Below, one piece after another: positions 25,201 to 34,495 of a stretch of DNA of 34,629 nucleotides. The first letter of the stretch is position 1; each line of letters opens with the position of its first letter. Under the pieces are notes generated by a model. It saw nothing but the letters and a program-made list of their open reading frames with translations, did no database searches and was not told the origin of the DNA. The translations under genes and the position numbers were made by a program. This DNA comes from Catajapyx aquilonaris (lineage: Eukaryota): NCBI GenBank assembly GCA_000934665.2, contig JYFJ02004114.1, positions 1 through 34,629 on the forward strand. The letters are read 5' to 3'.

Positions 25201-26531
25201 TTTGTTGCACAGGTATTAACTTTGTTGCTATTGTAGGTTCATGTCCGGGAAGCTCCGAATTGTGGTGGCGACAGTCGCGTTCGGAATGGGATTGGACAAA
25301 TCCGACGTCCGCAGCGTGATCCACTATAACATGCCCAAATCATTCGAAGGCTACGTACAAGAAGTTGGACGTTCCGGACGAGACGGACAGCCTGCCAACT
25401 GCCACCTTTTCCTGGCTCCCAAAGGCGACGATCTTCCCGAACTACGTCGGCACATTTACGCCAACGTCGTGGACCGTCCGACCATCCGTCGCTTGCTCGA
25501 CCGAGTATTTAAGAGACGATGCAAGTGCGAGCAGGGTTGCAAGGGTCACGAGGTCGCCTTTGGAGTTGAGGACAGCGTTCAGCAGCTGGATTTGCCTGAG
25601 GAGAACTTGGCGACGCTCTTGTGCTACCTGGAGATGCATCCGAAGGGATGGGTTAAAGTTATGTCCAACGCATACCAGACATGTACGGTGCGATGCTACG
25701 GAGGTCCCGGTGAGCTCAAATGTGCGGCCAGAAAGGTACGTTGCAACAATAGTCATTCGGTGTGCATTTCTTACGCATTCTATTCCGCAGTGTGCGCCGT
25801 TGGGTGTGGCCGTCGCTTTGGCCAGCAAACGAGGGAAGTCGCACGAGGGCAGTTCGACCATATCGTTCCCTGTGGTCGAGGTAGCTTCCTCGATGGGTTG
25901 GGACAGTTCCGTTGCTAAGCAGGAGCTGAAGGGACTGGAGTGGGACCAGAGAAGAAAGTCGGGAATCAACGTTGAACTGAAAGATGTTGCATTCCGGCTG
26001 AAGGTTTGTGTTGTCGTTTAATTATGACGCCATTGCACTACACGTAATCGCTTTCAGGTGTCGGGAAACCTGTCCGAGTCGGAGCTTGACCAGGCCTTGG
26101 AGTTTCTGCATGGAGCGACGGAGAAGCAAGTGCGGCGTGAACTGTTCCAACTAGAGCGCATTTTCTATTGCTTTTCAACCGCCGCCCTAGAAAAAGATTC
26201 GGCAGCAATGAACAAAAAGCTGCGTGCTTCAATCGCAAACTATTTCGACTCCTCAACCGACGAACATGTTCCGGAGTTGCCAGCCGACATCCTGTGTCCA
26301 AACGAAGAGCAGATTCGCTCCGACGTGTGTAACCTGGTGAACATACACCGCGACCACAACTTCACGGGGAGAGCGGTCGCCCGGATTTTTCACGGCATTG
26401 CCAGCCCTTGTTTTCCAGCCGACGTGTGGGGAAGAGTGCGGAGATTTTGGAGAGCGCATTTGAACACAGATTTCTACCAACTATGTCGGCTGGCGACACA
26501 AGAGATCGTGCGGATGCGAGCCCCATTTTAA
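22221..26531 (+). CDS. RECQL4: ATP-dependent DNA helicase Q4 (RecQ4), 8 exons, about 1204 aa
   Basis: Exons 22221-22319, 22683-23722, 23781-24007, 24059-24259, 24319-25180, 25237-25735, 25791-26003, 26058-26531; all GT-AG and phase-consistent (3615 nt). Motifs: Sld2-like N-terminus (IKLWEVEF...KPEK|DDIKCAP...YKQYWKLK), NDNFVRINLKKK, Zn knuckle CYKCGDIGHFAKQC, Walker A GSGKS, DEAH, WSHNFRPSY, TATAT, YHAGL, VATVAFGMGLDK, QEVGRSGRDG, and C-terminal FTGRAVARIFHGIASPCFPA. Confidence 0.97.
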
Positions 26532-26959
26532 TTATGTGGCCGGATTTTAATTTATGTGTTTTCCGAAGATGTCGACAAACGTTACCTCTGATGTTGCTAA
26601 AATCATACCAAACGTTTATAGCCTGGTGTAGTTAATTGTCAAAAAAAAAATACTCCAAGCGAATACTCAAAAAAGGGTACCCTGATGGTCGTTAGACTCA
26701 TTGGAATTTTAAGACCACATTGCTCTAATTACACAACAGTACAAGCTCCGAAAATGAACAAAGAAAGAGGTATAAGACTGTACATGTTTTTAAATCTGCA
26801 ATAAAATTTTTTGCACTATGTCAAATTTTTTTTAGCACACTTCCTTCATCCTGCAATGTACACATACTTATTATCATGCAATTAGTCATGTAATGCAGCT
26901 CGTTACTATATGCAAATTGTTGAAATTGCACCATGATGACAAAAAGACGCCTTTTAATT

Positions 26960-27860
26960 GGGCGCCTTATTAATTAACAACAATTAATTTAACAATGGCA
27001 CACAAACCTTGTGTTGTTAATTAGGCCAACTCAAACCGACTAATTAATTAACCAGCATTGTTGCCATGAGAGGCAAAAGGATATGTTTGAATTGAGCGTG
27101 ATTGTAATAATAATAAGTAATTAGTTTAACTAATTAACATCAACCGTGTCACTAATAGTTCCAACACAAACCAGCTAATTAATATTAGAAGAGCCTCCAA
27201 GTTAATATACATTAACCAGCATTGTCGTCATGAGAGAGACCACCATTATTAAATTAGTTACTGATCAATTTAAACCGTATTGCTAATTACGCCAAGCCAA
27301 TTAAACGGGGTAATTAATTTTAAAATAACCAGCATTGTTGCCCAACTATTAAATTAATTACTGATCAATTTGTCAATTATTATTAAACACCAAGCCATCA
27401 ATTAAGTCCAACCCAATTAAACCAGCTATTTATAGTAATTAACCAGCATTGTTGATTGTGATTAATCTAACAAATTAAAAAACCAACCGTATTGCTAATT
27501 ATACCAACTCAATTAATATAAGCCACCTATTTATATATTAATTAAACGGCATTGTTAAGTTGCCACGAAGAGAAACTGCCATTATTAAATTTATTATTAA
27601 TTATTAATTAAATATATTATTAAATTAAATTACTGTTTAATTCGACAACGATTAAACACCAACCGTGCCCGTTAATGAGGCACACAGCTAATTAATATAA
27701 TATCAATTAAACCAGCAATTGTTGCAGCCAATACACGTTTGAATTTCCGCGCGCTTCTCACCACCAATTAAATTAACTAATTAAATTTAACAAAATTAAC
27801 ACCAACAGTGCCTCTAATTACCAAGCCTAATTAAAGGCAGTTAATTATTTAACTAGTTAA
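26960..27860. repeat. AT-rich degenerate tandem array between RECQL4 and Aurora
   Basis: Anchor ACCAGCATTGT and variants occur at 27051, 27215, 27328, 27442, 27546 and 27711. Sub-blocks AACCGTATTGCTAATTA and TTACTGATCAATTT also recur, with dense TAATTA. Confidence 0.8.
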
Positions 27861-27922
27861 CCAGTTGAGTGGACCAATCAGAAAATCGGACCAATCAGAA
27901 GGAAACGGCCGTTATTTTTAAA
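27726..27922 (+). promoter_or_regulatory. Cell-cycle-type promoter of the Aurora gene (CCAAT boxes, CHR, E2F-like)
   Basis: AGCCAAT at 27726; TTTGAA (CHR) at 27738-27743 directly followed by TTTCCGCGCGC; GGACCAATCAGAA twice (27871-27883 and 27888-27900); TTTAAA near 27917. Confidence 0.65.
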
Positions 27923-28025
27923 ACGACCTGTGAAAAAGTTAGACGCGTGCGAGACGCGAGCCAGTCTGTTTTGTCGGTTTCCTGGTCAACAATAGCCTTC
28001 GTTTGGCCCCCTTTTCCTCTTAACA

Positions 28026-29076
28026 ATGAGCGGCCAGATGGGGAAGGAGAACAGGGCTCCTCGTGGTGGTCCTCCTGGCCCTAGTCGGCACCCGATGGCG
28101 GCCCCGGGGCAGATGGACCTAGGGGCGGCAGCAGGAAGCTCCAAGGAGGAGGACAAGCCCAAGTGGACCCTAGAGCACTTCAACATAGGGCGGCCCCTGG
28201 GCAAAGGGAAGTTCGGTAACGTGTACCTAGCGCAAGAGAAGAAGTCCAAGTACGTGGTTGCGCTCAAGGTTCTGTTCAAGTCGCAGATGAAGGCCGCTAA
28301 CGTTGAACACCAGGTACTGCGCTCATCGCAACGTACAACCGCATGTACTTACCGCTCTTCAATTGCAGGTCCGCCGCGAGATTGAAATCCAGACGCACTT
28401 GCGGCACAGCAACATCCTCCGCATGTTTGGCTACTTTCACGACTCCTCTCGTGTGTACCTAATTCTGGAGAACGCACCAAAAGGCGAGGTGTACAAGGAG
28501 CTTCTCCGCCAGCCCGGAAAGCGGTTCGATGAGCATCGGACAGCCAGCTATATCTCGCAGCTTGCGTCCGCACTGATGTACTGCCACGAGAAGAAAGTGA
28601 TCCACCGCGACATCAAGCCTGAGAACCTGCTGTTGGGACGGAACGGGGAGTTGAAGATTGCAGACTTTGGATGGTCCGTCCATGCTCCGTCGTCCAGGCG
28701 AGCCACGTTGTGCGGGACGCTGGATTATTTGAGTCCGGAGATGCTGGAGGGACGTACGCACGATCATACTGTGGACTTGTGGAGTCTGGGTGTGCTCTGC
28801 TATGAGTTTTTAGTCGGACGTCCGCCATTCGAGGCTTCCACGTTTGAGGTTACATCGAACAGGATTAAACGGGTCGACCTGCGGTTTCCGGTGCACGTGT
28901 CCAAAGGCGCGAAGGATCTCATTTCGAAGGTAATGACACCCGGAACATGCTGATAAATCGCTCGCATTATCTGATTCCAATAATTTCTTTTCAAGCTCCT
29001 GCGGCGTGTTCCCGAGGAGCGACTACCACTGGAAGAGGTCCTTCAACACCAGTGGATCAAGACTTATGTTTCTTGA
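28026..29076 (+). CDS. AURKA: Aurora kinase (A-type by the Gly at the TPX2/INCENP selectivity position), 3 exons, about 309 aa
   Basis: Exons 28026-28313, 28369-28929, 28996-29076. KEN box (MGKENR), [58 protein letters not shown], and C-terminal [13 protein letters not shown]. The family call is secure; the A versus B assignment is less certain. Confidence 0.92.
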
Positions 29077-29337
29077 TTCGTACAATTTTTGTTGATTCAC
29101 GTACAATTTTTGTGCATGTTGATAAGTACAACTAGGCATGTTCAAAAACAGTTGTGTTCAAGTAATGACGAGTTCAGTATTTGTTGCTATTTTTAAATAT
29201 ACAACGAAGGTTTTTTACATGAACTGAGTTTCATACGCCTTGTGTTTTACAATGTAAATAGCGAAATAAACATTCAAAATGTATTGCTGTTTATCCGCGT
29301 TATAATTGCGACATATATACAGTACATCATACGCTAA

Positions 29338-30253
29338 TTAAAGGTCGATAGTGACTCTGCTTTTCATCTTCTTGACGGCTCGTTCGCTTGGACGGATTTG
29401 GAATTGGTTTCCGTAAATTGTGTACACGTAGGTATCCAGGCAGAACGTGAAGACGCTGTTCTGCTTCGGAACTGTCCGCACAACATCGTCCTTAAAAAAG
29501 AAATTACATACGTTACAATTAATTACAATGTGAGACAAGTACGACCCGCACCTTGCATATGATCTGGAAGGTGTGCTTCGTTTCCATTATGACAATCCCA
29601 GTAATCCCGACGTATGACGGACACTTTGACCTCGTGACCCGCAACAGGCAGCCCTGGTAGTCCGCCTTCATCAACTTCAGGTACAGCTGGTCCTGATGCT
29701 TATCGTGCGGAACCGGACTCCACCCCAGCTTCTGCAGCTGCTGGATCTCCAGGTAGTCCCGCATGTACTCCTTCCAAAGCGTATGAAGCGGACGAAGCGC
29801 CTCGTACTTGAAGCCCGTCTTTCCAAGCCGGTACAGCCCCAACTGCCGCTTCTCCTTCGCCGTCAGCTGTTTCCGTCGCACCCTGTGTTTCCCCTGCCCT
29901 GGTAACTTCCCTTTGGTCACCTTCTTGTCCGTCACCAGGTTAAACAACTGCGGATTAAACTGCAATTAGAATCGGTGGAATTCGTAGCGCGATCCAGTTA
30001 CCTTCTTCATTTCCGATTGAACCTGCGGACGCTTGTCGGACGGAAGCCGGTTTGCCACAAACGCTTTGATGTAACTGCTGCATGGCTCACCCGGCTTTTC
30101 AATCATTCCGGAACACTTGTTAATAACTTCATCCGGAAGCAATGCGTACACTGCACCTGAAATAATGTTCCGCAATTAGTACCAAACAATTGTTCTATTG
30201 TTATAAAAATGTGTACCTGGAGGTGCTGGAGTCTGCCTGCTGGTTGAAGCCAT
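29338..30253 (-). CDS. POP4: Ribonuclease P/MRP subunit p29 (POP4/Rpp29), 4 exons, about 246-250 aa
   Basis: Exons 30253-30217, 30156-30002, 29947(or 29959)-29552, 29490-29338. Motifs LTAKEKRQLGLY, YEALRPLHTLWKEYM, KLMKADYQGCLLRVTRSKCPSYVGITGIVIMETKHTF, VPKQNSVF, IYGNQFQIRPSERAVKKMK are typical of Rpp29. The first exon is inferred from ATG, donor and phase. Confidence 0.93.
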
Positions 30254-30555
30254 GTCTGGACAGCCTGGAAAAAATCTGAACAAATCTTCAGAACAAAAAT
30301 GTTCAGCTTGCGAATTCCGCCATCTTGGATTTTTCTATTAATTCGCCCGCAAATTTTTTTTAAAAACAATTTCGACTAATTCGATCTGCTTGGTTCATAT
30401 TAAAATAGGTACAAATTAGATTAATTTTATTAAATTATTTAATATTAAATAATAAATGGCGGCCATTTTGAATCACCGCCATTTTTTTTTCGGCTGTGTT
30501 TGCAAAAGGCGGGCAAATTATTTTTTGGCAACAAAAATCTTTCCAAAAAAAAAAT
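30254..30555. promoter_or_regulatory. Bidirectional POP4/NBS1 promoter
   Basis: 302 bp lie between the ATGs. YY1-type CCGCCATCTT (30317-30326), near-palindromic AAATGGCGGCCATTTT (30453-30468) overlapping TTTGAA, CCGCCATTTT (30476-30485), and GGCGGGCAAA (30508-30517). Confidence 0.7.
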
Positions 30556-32894
30556 ATGGCCAACCTTGTTAAACTCCAGCAGGTCAGGAATCCAGGTACG
30601 CTCTTTATTCCACAACAATTATGCCATTACCTTCAACGCACTTGAACATTGTTTTGGCATGCAAATATTTTTTTCTGTACAGATGTGGTGTACTTTTTGA
30701 AGCCAGGATTTGACTACGCTGTTGGCAGAAAATCAAGTGATATTCTGCTAAAAGATGACCAGTCCGTCAGCAAGAAGCATGCGTCGCTCGCCGTACGGAT
30801 GTCATCGCAAAACTTGGTAACGACTCGGTACACTTTGAGCCGACGTACTCTTTAACATATGTATTTTCAGGAGGTGACGGTGACGGATTTGGGATCAAAG
30901 TTTGGCACTTTTGTTCAGGACTGCGATGGGCAGTCTGTAAAACTTGAGGCGAATAAACCAGCGCAGTGTGCGAATGGGCGGAAGGTTAAGTTCGGAATGT
31001 TATCCAGCGAGTGGATGTAAGTATTCTGAAACGTGTATCGCATTACTTACTTTATGGCGTTCTTGTAGCGTTAATTGGACGTCGGTTGTGGTTACGACGT
31101 CGACCGCTGTCGAGAGCAAAGAAGACTTGATGAGCTGGGTAGCTGATCTCGGAGGACGCACAGTCGCAAACTGGACATCAGATTGTACCCATCTAGTAAT
31201 GGACACAATCACATGCACCGTGAAGGTACTGGCCATGAATTACATACAGCAACATTTTAACGGGGTTACGTTACAGGTTGTATGCTCGTTGGCGTCGGAA
31301 AAGCCGATTGTGATGGCGTCGTATTTCAAAGACCTGTTGGCGTCCGTTGAGACGAAGCAAGTGGCGCCTGATCCGGCGTCGTACATTCCGCCAATATCCG
31401 ACTCGGGCGTGCCGAAGGACGTGACGTTTAGGGTCGTCAAACGAGCCAAGTTGTTCGATGGGATGACGTTTGTGTTTCCGAACGACGAGGAGCATGAGAA
31501 GCTGGCTCTCGGTGTGATCTGCGCTGGAGGACAGACTGTGACTCTCGGGACATGCAAGATGTCCAAAGCTGACTTGGTCAAGGACGGAATTGTCGTTGTG
31601 GACATGCCAGATCCGCCGCAACAGTCAACTACGCTGAAAGACGTGCAGGGTACGTTCCGATTATAATGTACAAAATAATGTTTCATACAAATTTATTTGC
31701 AGCGTACCTGATGTCTAATCGGAAGCGTTTGGTGCATGACTTTGAGATCGGCATGGCAGTTCTGTACAACTCGATTCAACATTACTGCAATCCTGGTATT
31801 TCCATCGAGGAACTTCCGTCCAACCCGTCACAGTTCATGACCCCAGTTCAGGTCAAGGAAGAGGTTGAGTCTAACTGCAGCATGATGGACTCGGACGCAG
31901 GGGATGCCCTCAGTGGCGTTTCAAGCTCAGGAGAGTCGACTTTGAAGCGAAAGGCGGACTTTGACAATCAGAACCCAAGCAAACGGCCGTCGTTGCATGA
32001 CAGCGGTTGGCTCTCCTTGCCGTCAGCGTCAGGCGTCAGCAGACGTAGTGTTGTAGGTGCAGATGACGCCACACAGACTACGAATGGAGAGTCGCAGGCT
32101 ATCTTTGACATCACGTTTCGTACGCCATCCATACCGCCCAGGAAGCGAATCAGGGAAGATTCGGATGAAGGAGCATCAAAAAGAGTCCTTCTTCACGACA
32201 TCAAAGTGGAGCCAGAGGATGAAGCATCGCAGTCCAAGGTGACCATCCGAACACCGCCTGTTATTCTAAAGAAGCGTCTAAAGAGGAGGAAACGTCGTGT
32301 TCGCTCGAGAAAGAGATATTCAACGAAAAAGGTAATTATCGTATGTAGCTAGTAAAACCTGGAGTAACGTCCTTGTTTGCGCAGTTGCTGCTGATGAGCC
32401 AATATGTGAAGCGCGAAGAAAGTTTAATGGATGCCGCATCACATACTGATACTAGTATTACGGAGATGGAATCGCTCATTAAGAGTCAGCTAAATTTGGG
32501 CGTCAGTTCTAACGACAATCCCGATGAAAATACCGAACCTAGAGTGAAAGTGGAGCCTGCGGATGATTCGAAATCTTCACGGAAAACGAATTTCAAAACA
32601 TTCAGAAGGGTAAGTACCAATTTTGCTGAAGTGCAAATACAGCGCTTTACGGCTACTTTTGTCTTTCAGACTCGTGAAGTTCATGTGCCGACCAGGATCA
32701 TCGGTGGAAGCGATTTCAAAAAGTACGTTCCAGGACAAGATAAGCGGATGGATTTCGACACGTATTTCGACGAATGCGACGAAGACGAGCAGAAGGTGGA
32801 ACAAAGAAGGTTGGCCGAATCTGGACCCATCATCCAAGCAGTTGAGACATCCCGGAAGAAAAAGGAAGTGAAGGACATGTGGAGCTTCGGCTGA
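30556..32894 (+). CDS. NBN: Nibrin (NBS1), 8 exons, about 642 aa
   Basis: Exons 30556-30595, 30683-30816, 30871-31016, 31069-31225, 31277-31649, 31703-32331, 32385-32609, 32670-32894. FHA domain (YAVGRK...DQSVSKKHA...DLGSKFGTFV), BRCT (LGG...WTSDCTHLVM...TVKVVCSL), EIGMAVLYNSIQHYCNP, MRE11-binding NFKTFRR, IIGGSDF, and an acidic/aromatic C-terminal tail (KDMWSFG) in the position of the ATM-binding motif. Confidence 0.95.
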
Positions 32895-33131
32895 TTCTGT
32901 CACCGTAACTTCAAGTGGCTGTAATAAAAGTGGGTTACGTCGATTTAAGTTGTTAATTACATCGACGATGTTCACTGAATATCTCCACATTGTCTTCGGC
33001 AATTAACGTCGGTATTGTTGTGAGATTACACCAAAGGTCGCTGCGTCAAAAGCAGACAATAAAAGCTTGTTATCAACATTTTATTTTGCCCCTGCTTTTT
33101 TAAATTTTATATCACAGGAGATTGTTTTTTT

Positions 33132-34108
33132 TTACTTCTTTGCGGGTTTCGCCTTTGCAGGGGCGGCCTCCTTCTTCTTGGCCCCTCCTGCGTCTTTGCC
33201 CTTCTTAGCCTCGGCCTCCTTGCCCTTGGCTTCCTTTCCCTTCTTTGCCTCGCCTTCCTTTCCCTTCTTCGCTCCAGCATCCTTGCCCTTCTTGGCCGCT
33301 GCGTCCTTTGCTGCGGGCTTCTTCTTTGCAATGGGCTTCTTCTTCTTTTCGGCGGCCGCCTTTGCCTTCTGCTCCTCGGCTGCCTTCTCATCCTTCGCCT
33401 GCTTGGCCGCGGCCAACTTGGCTGCCAGCTTTGCTAACTTGGCCGCCCTGTTCTTTTTCTGCTTGTTCTGCATCCGGCGGAAGGCGGTCTGGCGGATCTT
33501 GTTGCGTGCATGTACAGCCTTAGCCAGCTTGAAACGATCGAAGTCGCTCATATTGGCCCTCTGCGGGAAAGAAACAAGTGTTACGACTTATGTGTAATAT
33601 AATTGGGAAGCTGTAATGTTACTGGAGGGTCGTGTCAGAAATTGAGATTGGCTTCATATGTCGATCAGACGGCAATTCCTATCATTCTAGCATCATTCAC
33701 GACCTGTTACTAGTAACGTCATGATTTGTTGCTAAAGCGACCCCCGACCTTTCTCCTGGCTTCGACCCTCTTGGCCCAGTTGGAATTGGCCCACTTCTCG
33801 TCGATCTTAGCCGTTTCCCACGCCTTCCTGACAGTGTGGCTCCTTCCACGCCACGGGATGGTCAGCTTCATACTGGTCAGATGCAGCGAATGGAAGTGCA
33901 TCTCCTTCCGACCCACGCCACTGCACGGCCCATCAACCAATGCCTGCGGAAACGAACACATCATAAGCCGCCAACTCCACCAACGCATCAAACACAATCA
34001 ACTCACCCGATTCTGATCAATCACATTACAGATGACCACCAGCTTCCCCGCATCTGGACCAGAAATGATGTAGGCCACACGGCCTACCTCCACAAACTTA
34101 CGGAAGAT
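33132..34108 (-). CDS. RPL14: 60S ribosomal protein L14 (eL14); three exons seen, ATG-containing first exon not identified in the window
   Basis: Exons 34108-34007 ([34 protein letters not shown]), 33943-33749 ([15 protein letters not shown]...[16 protein letters not shown]), 33560-33132 ([22 protein letters not shown] plus a Lys/Ala-rich tail). Minus-strand AATAAA near 33080. Confidence 0.97.
33628..33704 (-). ncRNA. SNORD49: Intronic C/D box snoRNA, U49/SNORD49-like
   Basis: Minus strand: GGTCGTG-A-ATGATG (box C)-CTAG-AATGATAGGAATTGCCGT-CTGA (D')-...-CTGA (box D)-CACGACC, with a perfect 7-bp terminal stem. The guide pairs with the conserved 28S sequence CGGCUCUUCCUAUCAUU (11+4 bp, 2 mismatches) and resembles the human U49A core AUAGGAAGUGCCGUCAGA as recalled from memory. 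Confidence 0.88.
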
Positions 34109-34162
34109 CTGAAAATAATTACATAATTACTATTAATTGAACTTGGACACCGACGCTCATTT

Positions 34163-34495
34163 TTATGTACTTTACATATTCTTTATTATGTCACTGAAGT
34201 ACATCATTATGTACTTCATTATGTCCCAGAAGTACATAATGTACTTTACATGTACTTCATTGTCCCTGAAGTACATTATGTACTTTACATGTACTTAATT
34301 ATGTCCCTGAAGTACATTATGTACTTTATTATGTACCTGAAGTACATTATGCACTTTACATGTACTTTATTATGTCCCTGAAGTACATCATTATGTACTT
34401 TATTATGTCCCTGAAGTACATCATTATGTACTTTATTATGTCCCTGAAGTACATGATGTACTTTACATGTACTTTATTATGTACATCATTATGTA
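34163..34495. repeat. Minisatellite in the RPL14 5' intron, 8 units of 30-41 bp
   Basis: GAAGTAC at 34196, 34229, 34268, 34309, 34339, 34380, 34413 and 34446. Consensus ATTATGTCCCTGAAGTACAT(CAT)TATGTACTTT(ACATGTACTTT). Confidence 0.95.

Noticed and set aside
22677..26480. Several minus-strand ORFs over RECQL4
   Set aside because: Antisense shadows of coding exons.
26960..27860. Repeat-spacer appearance reminiscent of CRISPR
   Set aside because: Eukaryotic context, degenerate anchors, mutually similar and irregular spacers, no cas genes.
32239..32283. Possible extra NBS1 intron starting AAG|GTGACC
   Set aside because: No good pyrimidine tract, it would be shorter than the other introns, and the frame is open without it.
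33067..33597. 176-aa hydrophobic Phe/Ala/Leu-rich ORF resembling a membrane protein
   Set aside because: Antisense shadow of the Lys/Ala-rich RPL14 exon.
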